The notes beneath the pieces are model-generated. The model was given only the letters and a program-made list of their open reading frames with translations. It was not told the origin of the DNA and ran no database searches. Of a stretch of 64,000 bases of DNA, positions 1 to 9,505 are shown one piece after another. This DNA is from Candidatus Woesebacteria bacterium UBA5941 (GTDB lineage Bacteria > Patescibacteriota > Microgenomatia > UBA8517). The position numbers and the translations under genes are program-made. Location: contig DJCV01000017.1 in assembly GCA_002430735.1 (NCBI GenBank), positions 17,238-81,237 of the forward strand. Reading direction: 5' to 3'. Each line of letters begins with the position of its first letter. Positions within the stretch are counted from its first letter, which is position 1.

Positions 1-353
1 GAGGGGTGAAGCTTTCTGGCGGACAAAAACAACGAATTCAAATTGCGCGAGCAATTCTGCACAATAAACCAATTTTAATTCTTGACGAAGCAACAAGCAG
101 TTTGGATTCAAAGTCAGAACGATTAGTGCAAGACGCGTTAGAGAAACTCTTTAAGAATAAACTCGTTATTATCATCGCGCACCGGTTCTCAACCATTCAA
201 AACGTTGATCGAATTATTGTGCTGGATCACGGGACAATTGCAGACTCAGGAAGACCACATGATCTTGCAAAGAGAAAAGGACTCTATTCAGAACTGTTAC
301 AATACCAAATAGAGGGAAATAAGAAGCTACTGAGCGAATACGACCTTCATTGA
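1..353 (+). CDS. ABC transporter ATP-binding/permease protein, C-terminal part (truncated by window start)
   Basis: LSGGQKQR signature, ILILDEATSSLD Walker B, IAHR H-loop. Confidence 0.9.
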   Translation, partial: GVKLSGGQKQRIQIARAILHNKPILILDEATSSLDSKSERLVQDALEKLFKNKLVIIIAHRFSTIQNVDRIIVLDHGTIADSGRPHDLAKRKGLYSELLQYQIEGNKKLLSEYDLH

Positions 354-385
354 AACCGTAAATCTTTTCATTTTTGAAAAATATT

Positions 386-778
386 ATGAAAAAACAACCT
401 GCTCCTCACAAAAGAATCCCCGATGGAGTTAAAAAGACATTGTATGCCAATGGTGTCGTCTCTTCAGAAACTGAATATAAAAATGGAAAAAAACATGGTC
501 TTTGTACGATCTATCTCAGTAATGGTCAGATTCGTGCCATTGGAATGTATTTAGATGACAAGATGGCAGGTGAATGGAAATGGTATCGAGCAGATGGAAA
601 GCTTTGGCAAGTGGGTAACTTTAGTGAGGGAGTGAAGGATGGGAAATGGGAGCGGTATGCCCCAACAGGGGAACTGTATGACACCGGGTACTTTACCTTA
701 GGAGAGAAGTCTGGACTGTGGGAACGGTTCGATGCACAGGGGGCTGTTATTAAGTCTCGAACATATCCATCAAAATAA
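386..778 (+). CDS. MORN-variant repeat protein (YwqK-like antitoxin family)
   Basis: Repeated G-x-Y/F-x-x-G-x-K-x-G-x-W-x-x-Y units; ATG at 386 preferred over TTG 374. Confidence 0.8.
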   Translation: MKKQPAPHKRIPDGVKKTLYANGVVSSETEYKNGKKHGLCTIYLSNGQIRAIGMYLDDKMAGEWKWYRADGKLWQVGNFSEGVKDGKWERYAPTGELYDTGYFTLGEKSGLWERFDAQGAVIKSRTYPSK

Positions 779-799
779 ATGATTTGATATTCTTATTGT

Positions 800-1180
800 A
801 TGAACATTCTTGCTCCAATTATTGCTTCATTCACGGGACTTATATTGGGAACATTGTGGTACTCAGTATTGTTTGCGAAACAATGGCAAAAGCTCGCAGG
901 AGTAACTGATGCGCAAATGAGTAAAGGGATGGCGAAGCGTGCACTTGGTTCATACATCCTGACGCTTGTGATGGCATTTAATTTAGCAGCGTTCATGGGG
1001 CCGAACTCAACTCCAGCGTTTGGATTGTTTGCAGGTTTTGCTGCTGGATTTGGCTGGGTTGCAATGGCTTTTGGTACTAATTATTTGTTTGAACAAAAAC
1101 CACTCAAACTATTCCTTATTAACGGAGGATATAACGTATTGCTTCTCACGATCATGGGGTTTGTTATTTCTCTCTTCTAA
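800..1180 (+). CDS. DUF1761-family membrane protein
   Basis: LGTLWYSVLFAKQW and FEQKPLKLFLINGGY motifs, 4 TM segments. Confidence 0.8.
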   Translation: MNILAPIIASFTGLILGTLWYSVLFAKQWQKLAGVTDAQMSKGMAKRALGSYILTLVMAFNLAAFMGPNSTPAFGLFAGFAAGFGWVAMAFGTNYLFEQKPLKLFLINGGYNVLLLTIMGFVISLF

Positions 1181-1213
1181 CGATTACGCTCTAATTTACC
1201 CTGAGTATCACAT

Positions 1214-1239
1214 AAAAAGACCCACGAGGGTGTGGGTCT
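1214..1239 (-). terminator. Intrinsic terminator-like hairpin on minus strand with no intact gene upstream
   Basis: Minus strand AGACCCAC-accctc-GTGGGTCT followed by a T tract. Confidence 0.5.
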
Positions 1240-1259
1240 GTGTTTGGATTACTCCTTAT

Positions 1260-1535
1260 AAAGAAAATTTAAATAAGGTTGCCACAGACATTCACTTAAA
1301 GCATGGGGTTAAATTAAAAAACCCTCAGATTTCCATTCGATTTACCAATGATGAGGATGATGGGAAGGAAGATCGCAATCTTGTGGTTGATAAAATGGTA
1401 CTCGATGGAGTGACATACCAGACAGAGGATGATGACACCTATTCGACTGGAACATATACCAGAGGCGAGGGGTGTACAGACGGTCGCAAGAAATCTGAAA
1501 TACTCAGTTGTGAAGGTTACTTCCGGTATTACTAG
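1260..1535 (+). pseudogene. 5'-truncated remnant of a Ca-dependent carbohydrate-binding (CBM60-like) domain gene
   Basis: IRFTND...DRNLVVDKMVLDGVTYQTE motif and C-terminal Cys pair; no credible start codon or signal peptide. Confidence 0.55.
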
Positions 1536-1596
1536 AAACCAGCAGAGCAGTGGCTGCGGGTTACCTGAACGAGATCTTCCTTGGTATACTACAAAA

Positions 1597-2895
1597 ATGC
1601 GCGCTTTTTATCTGCTTCTAGCGAATAACGTCGTTTCATCAATTACAAATTTTACTGTGTGGTTTGCAATTACATACTTTACCTATTTGCAGACGCAATC
1701 AGTGATCGCAACTTCAGTTATTTCTGGACTCTTTTTAGTATCCACTGCCATTTCAGGGTTTTGTTTTGGAGGACTCGTTGATCGATACAAAAAGAAAACA
1801 ATGATGTATGTCTCAAGCATTGCGTCGCTTGTGTTTTACCTTATGAGCTTTGCAATATACCTAACAGCTCCTCAAGGTTCATTTACCTCCATTGAAAGTG
1901 TTGTTTTGTGGGTTTTTGTCCCCATCACAATGTTAGGCGTCATCTCAGGTAACATCCGAAATATTGTGCTTCCAACGCTCATCACAATTCTTGTCCCTGA
2001 AAAAATGCGAGATCGTGCAAACGGAATGGCAGGTACCGCAGGAGGGATATCATTCTTAATTGTTTCTGTGATCAGCGGATTTTTAGTAGGACATTCAGGC
2101 ATGTATTGGGTGCTCATTCTTGCAATCGTTTTGTCACTCGCGTCAATTTTGCACCTGTGGTTTATCTCAGTGCCAGAGAAAGGTCATGTGCATGTGGAAG
2201 GAGTGAGTCATTCACCTGTGAATCTTGATATAAAAGGAACGCTTAAGGCAATCTCTTCGGTCCCTGGTTTGTTTGCCCTTATTTTATTTACGACGTTCAA
2301 TAATTTTATAGGCGGAGTTTTTATGTCGCTTATGGATGCATATGGGTTGTCACTGGTTTCTGTACAAGTGTGGGGGCTTATCTGGGGAGTCCTCAGTATC
2401 GCCTTTATTGTAGGTGGTCTTATTATTGCAAAGTGGGGGTTAGGGAAGAACCCGTTGAAAACATTATTCACTGCAAATGTTTTTATCTGGACAATTTGTA
2501 TCTTTTTTACCATTCAACCGTCTATTGTGTTTCTTGTTGTCGGAATGTTCCTGTACCTTTCAGTGGTCCCATACATAGAAGCGGCTGAACACACGATTAT
2601 CCAGAAGGTGGTAAAGCATGAGCGACAAGGACGGGTGTTTGGATTTGCACAAAGCATTGAGCAAGCAGCGTCACCGCTTACCGCTTTTGCAATAGGGCCC
2701 ATTACGCAACTTGTTTTTATTCCTTTTATGACAACCGGAGCAGGCGTTGATTTAATTGGATCGTGGTTCGGGACAGGTCCTGGGCGAGGAATTGCACTCG
2801 TCTTTACGCTTACTGGGTGTATTGGATTAACCATGACGCTCCTTGCCATGCGTTCCCGGTCATACGCACTGTTGTCACGGCAGTATGTGAAATGA
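1597..2895 (+). CDS. MFS transporter (DHA3/macrolide-efflux-like)
   Basis: About 12 TM helices, GGLVDRYKKK motif A, QGRVFG; TATACT 6 nt before ATG 1597. Confidence 0.9.
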   Translation: MRAFYLLLANNVVSSITNFTVWFAITYFTYLQTQSVIATSVISGLFLVSTAISGFCFGGLVDRYKKKTMMYVSSIASLVFYLMSFAIYLTAPQGSFTSIESVVLWVFVPITMLGVISGNIRNIVLPTLITILVPEKMRDRANGMAGTAGGISFLIVSVISGFLVGHSGMYWVLILAIVLSLASILHLWFISVPEKGHVHVEGVSHSPVNLDIKGTLKAISSVPGLFALILFTTFNNFIGGVFMSLMDAYGLSLVSVQVWGLIWGVLSIAFIVGGLIIAKWGLGKNPLKTLFTANVFIWTICIFFTIQPSIVFLVVGMFLYLSVVPYIEAAEHTIIQKVVKHERQGRVFGFAQSIEQAASPLTAFAIGPITQLVFIPFMTTGAGVDLIGSWFGTGPGRGIALVFTLTGCIGLTMTLLAMRSRSYALLSRQYVK

Positions 2896-3404
2896 AAAAA
2901 CTACATTTTTCCGCTCCAATCGAAATTCGAGAAGGAAACCCGTATATACTCGTAAAGCATGAGTACGTTACCAAACTGCGGCCAGGATGGAGGAAACCAC
3001 TCCCGGTAGTTATTCAAATAAACGGCGAACCCAAAATTCCGTGGCACATTAATATGATGCCAGTTGGAAACGGAGACTTTTATTTATATCTCCATGGTGA
3101 TGTTCGAAAAGCATCGCAGACCAAAGTGGGCGATACGGTGCTCGTCGATCTCTGGTTTGATGTTACATACCAAACAGGGCCACAGCACCCAATTCCAACC
3201 TGGTTTAGCGATGCGTTAAAAAAGAATGAAACGGCACAAGAAAACTGGGAGAAGCTTATTCCGAGTAGAAAAAAGGAAATACTCCGATACTTCTCATGGT
3301 TAAAATCTGAAGAAGCAATTGATCGGAACCTAAAGCGCGCGCTTCTTGTGCTCTCAGGGAAGCCAGGAAGGTTTATGGCTCGCTCTTGGGAAAACGGTTC
3401 ATAA
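2892..3404 (+). CDS. DUF1905 + YdeI/OmpD-associated domain protein
   Basis: PVVIQING..MPVGNG..VRK..VGD N-domain, WEKLIPSRKKEILRY C-domain; ATGA overlap with MFS stop. Confidence 0.8.
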   Translation: MKKLHFSAPIEIREGNPYILVKHEYVTKLRPGWRKPLPVVIQINGEPKIPWHINMMPVGNGDFYLYLHGDVRKASQTKVGDTVLVDLWFDVTYQTGPQHPIPTWFSDALKKNETAQENWEKLIPSRKKEILRYFSWLKSEEAIDRNLKRALLVLSGKPGRFMARSWENGS

Positions 3405-3423
3405 CTCATGATAAGATACAGGT

Positions 3424-3894
3424 ATGAATGAGTTCGCCGCAAAAAAACTTGGAGAAGTTCTCGCATTTTCTCAAATTGGTGTAACTGTGTTTGAAAAAGG
3501 GGCAACGGCGCTTAATACAGTGCTTGGGGAACATGCAGATTCAGTTGTTTCTTCCCTCAAAACACAGAGTGAAAACATCATTGCGATTGCAGCGGAGGCT
3601 GGGGTTATTGATATCACAAGACTCAAGTCAGAAAAGACGGGTGCTAAGTTATTATCTATGGCTGAGCTTTACATCGGAGATGAATGGGACAACTCAGCTG
3701 AATTATTAGAATGGCTAGGTTTCTTTGAAGGAGCAGCTATTGTGCATTGGAAACTCGTGCATGGTGCAGGAGAAGCGCTTGCACATCAAAAATTAAGCGA
3801 ATTGGCAACAGAAGGGATTACGTTCCATACTGATCTTCTGAATGCTGTTTCTTCTGCAATCGAAGAGTATGCAAAACAAAAAGTTACTGCATAA
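3424..3894 (+). CDS. Hypothetical all-helical (ferritin-like) protein
   Basis: 156 aa ORF, E/H-rich helices (EGAAIVHW, FHTDLL); TAAGAT 6 nt before ATG. Confidence 0.65.
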   Translation: MNEFAAKKLGEVLAFSQIGVTVFEKGATALNTVLGEHADSVVSSLKTQSENIIAIAAEAGVIDITRLKSEKTGAKLLSMAELYIGDEWDNSAELLEWLGFFEGAAIVHWKLVHGAGEALAHQKLSELATEGITFHTDLLNAVSSAIEEYAKQKVTA

Positions 3895-4480
3895 TACTTG
3901 CACCCATTTGCCACTCCTTCACGGATTTCAGAGGACTAATAAGCATTAAGATATTCAGGGTGAGATTATCTCGAATCAAGTATCCAATAGAAACTTCCAT
4001 GACTACAATTAGTATTAAAACCACCCACACGGGGAGTTTTCTTGCAAGATAAAACCCCAATACCATGGCTAAAACATCAACTATTGAGTTAATAATGCTG
4101 TCGCCGTAGTAGTCAAGTGAAATCGTTGTCTCTCTGTACCTGTTTATTATAAAACTACTGTTTTCAACAATTTCCCATCCCACTTCGATTGCAAGTGCGA
4201 GAATGAATGATTGCAAAACGGTAATCCTCTTCAGTATGTATTTCCCTAAATAGTAAAACCCAAAGCCATGAATGATGTGGGAGAATGTGTACCAATCAGT
4301 TAGATGTTGAGAGTTTTCACTGCTCCAAGTCAGTCCATGCCATAGCTTTACGACTCCGCAGGTGCAAATCATGACACGGCCCATTGCGTACTCAGCGATC
4401 GCCATCACTGAAAGCGCAATTGCCGTCAGAGTTACTCCTTGAGTTGGAGTGACTATTTCTCTTCCTTTTTTCGCTTTCAT
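3884..4480 (-). CDS. DUF2585/UPF0314 membrane protein
   Basis: MGR..ICTCG.VKLWHG, NSQHLTDWYTFSHIIHG, WEIVEN, YYGDSIINS, IRDNLTLNILML. Confidence 0.9.
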   Translation of the reverse strand: MKAKKGREIVTPTQGVTLTAIALSVMAIAEYAMGRVMICTCGVVKLWHGLTWSSENSQHLTDWYTFSHIIHGFGFYYLGKYILKRITVLQSFILALAIEVGWEIVENSSFIINRYRETTISLDYYGDSIINSIVDVLAMVLGFYLARKLPVWVVLILIVVMEVSIGYLIRDNLTLNILMLISPLKSVKEWQMGASIMQ

Positions 4481-4551
4481 TCTTAAATACTAGCAAAGAG
4501 AGGAGCACTAACTACTCTGTACTTTTTTGTTGAGTTAGGTTACAAATAAAT

Positions 4552-4974
4552 ATGTCAGAACAATCTTCAGAAACAGGAGCACCGAAGCAAAATCTCCCGG
4601 AGGGGTGGGAAGATCAGCCGGGAGGGTTTATTGTTTCTCCAGATGGAAAGGATGTTGTCCGTGTTCCAGTTGGTTCAATAACAAACCCAAACAGAGAAGT
4701 TAAGAACCCTCTTCCGTCAGTGGAGGCGAACCAAATGCCTCAGCCGCAAGTGAAGCCTGAATCTGTTACCGGGCCGATTGAACCAACCATTCCAGAGAGT
4801 GAGCGGGCTATACCGCTAGATTTAAAGGCGTTGCGGGCCAAACTTGCAGAGTCTCAGGAAAAAACGGTAGTTACTCCGGTACAAAGAGCACCAGAAGCGG
4901 TACCTCCTCAAGCACCGGTAGAGGTGAAACAGCCAAGTTTTGGTGAACGAGTGAAATCATTCTTCAAACGATAG
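4552..4974 (+). CDS. Pro/Glu-rich disordered hypothetical protein
   Basis: 140 aa low-complexity ORF ending in amphipathic SFGERVKSFFKR. Confidence 0.65.
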   Translation: MSEQSSETGAPKQNLPEGWEDQPGGFIVSPDGKDVVRVPVGSITNPNREVKNPLPSVEANQMPQPQVKPESVTGPIEPTIPESERAIPLDLKALRAKLAESQEKTVVTPVQRAPEAVPPQAPVEVKQPSFGERVKSFFKR

Positions 4975-5053
4975 TAAATACCCCATAGCTTGATCTTCGG
5001 TCAGTTTCGTGCTAGAATATGCTATTCGTTCGCACATTTGAAAGGAATATTTC

Positions 5054-5815
5054 ATGCGTTTTCTAGTCGTGGGCCTAGTTCTCATTGCGGCAGTTTTGAT
5101 TGCACCTACGTTACTTGGAACGGAGGCAATTATTGCCGACACTGTTACAAGTACCCCACTTCCGGTTCCCACCGGATCGCCAGAATCAGTTATTGTGACC
5201 GAGCAGTTGGTCAGTGTTAGTGCATCATATTACTTGGATTCAGATCCTGACGGCGCAGCCATTCTGGTAAAGCAATTCGAATTTGATGCCCAAGAAGTAA
5301 CCATCCTTGTTGGGATTAAGGGTCTTGATGAGTTTGCTTTTCAGTTTGGTATGTTACTGGGGAAACCGATAGAAGCGGTGTACTGCGGATATGAATGCCA
5401 AATGTCCGCTGCAACAAGTGGTGATTTTGAACTCCGCAAAGAGTGGATTAAGAATATGAAGCTGTATGTTCTGTTTGAAGACGGGACCTACGCACGGATT
5501 TTGCTCACAACCCCCTCGGACGCTGAGTGCCAAATCTTAGGAATATATATTGACTCGTCATTGATGCTACATGCGCACATTCTGGATTATGACGGGGTCG
5601 AAAAGACCAGTTTGTGGCAGATCGAAGGCAATACTGTGACTGAAATCGAAGAGCTGCCCTATGTGGAAGACCTCCCGTTCAAAGCGTATAGTTTCTCAGA
5701 CGGCGTTGGTACATCAGTGGGATACGTTGCACTCATAAGCGACAGGAACGACGTTGCCATTGCTGACCCGAACGACAAAATGATCGATCGAGCGTATCCT
5801 TGCATTACAGGATAG
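5054..5815 (+). CDS. Secreted/membrane-anchored hypothetical protein (ORFan cassette)
   Basis: N-terminal hydrophobic segment, TPLPVPT linker; TGCTAGAAT promoter, AAAGGA SD, own terminator. Confidence 0.7.
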   Translation: MRFLVVGLVLIAAVLIAPTLLGTEAIIADTVTSTPLPVPTGSPESVIVTEQLVSVSASYYLDSDPDGAAILVKQFEFDAQEVTILVGIKGLDEFAFQFGMLLGKPIEAVYCGYECQMSAATSGDFELRKEWIKNMKLYVLFEDGTYARILLTTPSDAECQILGIYIDSSLMLHAHILDYDGVEKTSLWQIEGNTVTEIEELPYVEDLPFKAYSFSDGVGTSVGYVALISDRNDVAIADPNDKMIDRAYPCITG

Positions 5816-5826
5816 ATATGCTCGCA

Positions 5827-5856
5827 GCCTCTCTGGCGACAGGGAGGCATTTTTTT
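5827..5856 (+). terminator. Intrinsic terminator
   Basis: GCCTCTCTG-gcga-CAGGGAGGC then A and T7. Confidence 0.8.
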
Positions 5857-5879
5857 GTTCATCAGTTGTAGAATAACCT

Positions 5880-6329
5880 ATGTATTCTGGAATAAGTGTT
5901 TATGAATCAGATCTCGAAACCGTTTTAGCCGTTCACAAGCAAATCCCTGAATTTCAGGAAAATCCTCCATACACGATAGATGAATTTTCTTCACACCTTG
6001 GAAATGCGAAGTCTCTTATTTTGGTAGCTTTTATCGATGAAAATCCAGTTGGTTACACCATTGGGTTTGATCGATTTAACGACGGGTCATTTTATAGCTG
6101 GGTAGGGGGAGTAATTCCGACAGCTCGAACACTCGGGGTATATTCAGCTCTTCGATCCAAACAGGAGCAGTGGGCAAAGAATAAAGGTTTTACTTCAATC
6201 AAAATAAAAACACGGAATAGACGTGTTGAGATGCGGATAACCTTGGCCAAACGTGGATACAATATAATCGGCTTTGAAGAAAAACCAAATGTCCTCGATA
6301 ATCGGTTGCTTCATGAAAAAAAGTTATGA
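5880..6329 (+). CDS. GNAT family N-acetyltransferase
   Basis: GGVIPTARTLGV acetyl-CoA motif A; KTRNRR..M...KRGY. Confidence 0.85.
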   Translation: MYSGISVYESDLETVLAVHKQIPEFQENPPYTIDEFSSHLGNAKSLILVAFIDENPVGYTIGFDRFNDGSFYSWVGGVIPTARTLGVYSALRSKQEQWAKNKGFTSIKIKTRNRRVEMRITLAKRGYNIIGFEEKPNVLDNRLLHEKKL

Positions 6330-6420
6330 GCATTTTTTACTGAACCAACAATTGACTTTGAGCTTGGTTTGGCATAAGATCAGTGTCTCGCAAAGGATTA
6401 ATATATAAGGATCACCCAAT

Positions 6421-7743
6421 ATGACTCACGAAAAGATTGTTCATACGCTTCGTAAACACCACCAAAACCTTGAAGGTAAAGCGGTTGATTACAAGGATCC
6501 TCAGTATCTCGCACTTGCCAGACAAATTGCCGATGAAATTATGGCAGAAGGACTGAACGTCGTTCAGCTTACGGATTTAGAGAAACATTTGTCTCTTGAA
6601 ACCGTTAAGCAGACTTACGTAAATCTCATCCATCTCGCAGTAAAGTTGGCAAAGGCAAAGGCGATTATTCAATCGCTGAGCGGGAAGCACATTTCTATCG
6701 TCATGCCAGCCTACGGCGAAAATATCCGTATGATGCCACGAGGAACCACTGATGGTACTCATCCAAACGGTGAAAATTTCATTATTGAGAAGTCCCGTCA
6801 GTTAAAGTGGTTGTTCGACGGCGCGAAAAACACGTACCAAGTCTTTATTGTGGATGACATGTCAAAACCAGATCCGCTCACCAGCGGAGACGCAGCTCGA
6901 AAGGTCATCACCGATAACAAAGTTCCACACTTTACCGTTTTGTATTTGAAAGACGGTGTTGAATCCGAAAAAGGCAAAGAAGGTATTGTTGGCCACGCGC
7001 TGAAAGGTGTTAATTTCCCAAAGAACACCAAAAAAGCAGGTGCCGTCTATTACGGTTGCGCAAAGGCAATCGAAAAGTATGGGACAGGTGAAAACCACAT
7101 TGTCGTTATCACTGACTGTGATTTATCTGTTGATTTAGTGCAGGTTGGGAACCTTGTTCAGCCAATTGTCATGGATAATGCTGCAGCTGCAGCAGGATCA
7201 CGACGCTTGCCAGAATCTATTTTGGAAATTGTTGGTAGTCGCAATCTGCGCGCGAACGCAGCTCGTTATTTCCGACAATTGCTGTTACCTGGTTTGTTAC
7301 CAAAGGACACACAGTGCGGTGCAAAGGCATTTTCAGCAAAAGCATTGTCAGATGCCATTATGGCTGATCGCAAAGTGTTGGATTTTGCTTTTGATATCGA
7401 ACTTTTGACCCTTGTTGCATTGCAAAACGGTGCAGAGAAAATCGTTCCTGTCGCAGTTGCGTGGTTTGATAGCGCAGAGCTCACAACGACTGATAGTTCT
7501 GTGCACTTTAGAATCATGGAAGCGCAGCGGGAAATTGCTGTGGCAAATAAGACTGGTTCTGGGGAAGTCTTTGATAAATTGGTCGAGGTTTCAGAACTCC
7601 TCACAGAGAGTGAAGAAACTTGGCTCGCGTTCCTTGCGCAGCTTGAGAACAACGCTCGGTTGCAGGAAGCTATGCAGTCTTTTGATACCAGTATCTTGGA
7701 TGAGCTGAAAGCGCTCATTCAGACACCAGCCAAAACGGCATAA
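6421..7743 (+). CDS. GT2 glycosyltransferase (polyprenyl-phosphate glycosyltransferase-like) with N- and C-terminal extensions
   Basis: SIVMPAYGE, IVDDMS, TDCDLS (DxD), AGSR, DTQCGAKAF, FAFDIELL. Confidence 0.85.
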   Translation: MTHEKIVHTLRKHHQNLEGKAVDYKDPQYLALARQIADEIMAEGLNVVQLTDLEKHLSLETVKQTYVNLIHLAVKLAKAKAIIQSLSGKHISIVMPAYGENIRMMPRGTTDGTHPNGENFIIEKSRQLKWLFDGAKNTYQVFIVDDMSKPDPLTSGDAARKVITDNKVPHFTVLYLKDGVESEKGKEGIVGHALKGVNFPKNTKKAGAVYYGCAKAIEKYGTGENHIVVITDCDLSVDLVQVGNLVQPIVMDNAAAAAGSRRLPESILEIVGSRNLRANAARYFRQLLLPGLLPKDTQCGAKAFSAKALSDAIMADRKVLDFAFDIELLTLVALQNGAEKIVPVAVAWFDSAELTTTDSSVHFRIMEAQREIAVANKTGSGEVFDKLVEVSELLTESEETWLAFLAQLENNARLQEAMQSFDTSILDELKALIQTPAKTA

Positions 7744-7766
7744 TTGTTTCCTTTGAGGAAGTAATT

Positions 7767-7799
7767 TGTCTCCCAACTATGTGGTTGGGAGATATTTTT
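7767..7799 (+). terminator. Intrinsic terminator
   Basis: TGTCTCCCAACT-atgt-GGTTGGGAGATA-TTTTT. Confidence 0.8.
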
Positions 7800-7855
7800 G
7801 TCTAAAAAAAGTAATGCAAAATATATTTACTTCATATATGCTATAATTCTCGACC

Positions 7856-9256
7856 ATGAAGAGAACAAAGATTGTAGCGACCTTAGGGCCAGCTTCACAA
7901 AACGAAAAGACATTAAAAGACTTGCTTTTGGCAGGGGTTGATGTCGTTCGGCTTAATTTTTCCCACGGAAACTTAGAACAAAAAACTGAAGCGATTACAT
8001 TAGTTCGCGCGATGGCTGAAAAAGTTAAGAAAGAAGTTGCAATCCTAGCTGATCTTCCTGGACCTAAACTTCGGCTTGGGGAAGTGGACGGAACGTTTAA
8101 CATTAAAAAGGGAGACGTATTAACGTTTGGTTTGAACGGGACTGAAGACCTTCCGATTCAGTATGACTTCACAAAAGCGGTCAAAGAAGGACAGCGGATG
8201 TTTTTAAACGACGGGCTTATTGAACTCACTATTCTTTCAACTAAAAAAGGTGTCGTTACTGCAAAAGCGAAAAATAGCGGATGGGTTACGTCAAGAAAAG
8301 GTATTAATTTACCAGAAACTATTTTAGAAGGAGCTGCATTTACCAAAGAAGACAGAGAAGCTGCTAAATTCGCAATCGAGTCTGGAGTTGAATTTATCGC
8401 TCTCTCATTCGTGCAATCAGCTGCTGATATTGAGATGTTAAGAACTCTCATTAAAGAGAAGAAAAGCAGAGTAAAGATTATTGCGAAAATCGAAAAACCA
8501 GAAGCAGTGAAGAATATTGAAGCAATTGTCATGGCCGCAGATGGAATTATGGTTGCACGAGGGGACTTAGCAATTGAAACGTCACCTGCTCAAGTTCCAC
8601 TCATTCAACAAAAAATTATTGTCCTTGGACGCCAATATCAAAAGCCAGTCATAGTTGCCACTCAAATGCTTGAAAGCATGATTGAAAACCCTCGACCAAC
8701 TCGAGCTGAAGCTTCAGATGTTGCAAACGCTGTTATTTCTCAAGTAGACGCTGTTATGTTGTCTGCTGAAAGTGCGTCAGGGAAATACCCTGTTGAGGCT
8801 GTTTCTACGATGAGTACTATTATCGCTGCAGTTGAAGCTGATCCTGAATTTAGACGGTACATAAAAATTAATTGGGAGAAACTACATTTCCGTGATTTGC
8901 GTATGAATGCATTGGTCGCATCAAGCGCATCACTCGCATACCGATTGCAAGCTCCGGTTATTGCAATTGGCACAGTGACGGGTAAGAGTGCACAACAGTT
9001 GTCATCTTTCAGACCAAATGCGTTTATTTCAGCCTTAACGCACGATGACTACATCGCTCGACAGCTAGTATTATCATGGGGCGTATATCCAGTTGTGGTC
9101 CCAGAAAATGCTGAGAGCCATACATTTGAAACAACAATGGTAGATGCCTTACGCAAGCGAAAGTTTGTGAAAAAAGGAGAGACCGCTGTTCTTGTGTGGG
9201 GTTCAAAGATTGGAATTTCAGGAACCACTAATACAGTTCGTACGGTAACCCTCTGA
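7856..9256 (+). CDS. pyk: Pyruvate kinase
   Basis: RTKIVATLGP, RLNFSHG, DLPGPKLR, AKIEKPEAV, MVARGDL, ATQMLESM, PTRAEASDVAN. Confidence 0.97.
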   Translation: MKRTKIVATLGPASQNEKTLKDLLLAGVDVVRLNFSHGNLEQKTEAITLVRAMAEKVKKEVAILADLPGPKLRLGEVDGTFNIKKGDVLTFGLNGTEDLPIQYDFTKAVKEGQRMFLNDGLIELTILSTKKGVVTAKAKNSGWVTSRKGINLPETILEGAAFTKEDREAAKFAIESGVEFIALSFVQSAADIEMLRTLIKEKKSRVKIIAKIEKPEAVKNIEAIVMAADGIMVARGDLAIETSPAQVPLIQQKIIVLGRQYQKPVIVATQMLESMIENPRPTRAEASDVANAVISQVDAVMLSAESASGKYPVEAVSTMSTIIAAVEADPEFRRYIKINWEKLHFRDLRMNALVASSASLAYRLQAPVIAIGTVTGKSAQQLSSFRPNAFISALTHDDYIARQLVLSWGVYPVVVPENAESHTFETTMVDALRKRKFVKKGETAVLVWGSKIGISGTTNTVRTVTL

Positions 9257-9345
9257 CACGCTTCTTACCGTTTCTTCATGATCCTCGCACTCATTCTTTC
9301 CATACTTAACGGTATATAGATCAGTACGTTAAGGAGGTGACAGTT

Positions 9346-9492
9346 ATGGGAATACTCGACATTATTATCATATTACTAATCGTTTCATGGCTTGGAGGGT
9401 TTGCACTTCACATTGGTGGAGGCCTTATTCACATTATCCTCGTTATCGCAGTGCTCGTGTTTTTAGCGCGACTTTTAGGATTCAGCATATAA
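9346..9492 (+). CDS. lmo0937-family small membrane protein (48 aa; not in ORF track)
   Basis: AAGGAGGTG SD; MGILDIIIILLIVSWLGGFALHIGGGLIHIILVIAVLVFLARLLGFSI. Confidence 0.85.
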   Translation: MGILDIIIILLIVSWLGGFALHIGGGLIHIILVIAVLVFLARLLGFSI

Positions 9493-9505
9493 AAACACCC
9501 TATTT

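Noticed and set aside
386-778. Toxin-antitoxin pair around the YwqK-like MORN protein
   Set aside because: No adjacent toxin; such repeat proteins commonly occur alone.
1429-1596. N-terminal extensions in the ORF track (MFS 1429, also 2763, 20912, 39357, 49668, 50266)
   Set aside because: They overlap neighbouring genes or a tRNA; downstream starts match family N-termini and have -10 or SD signals.
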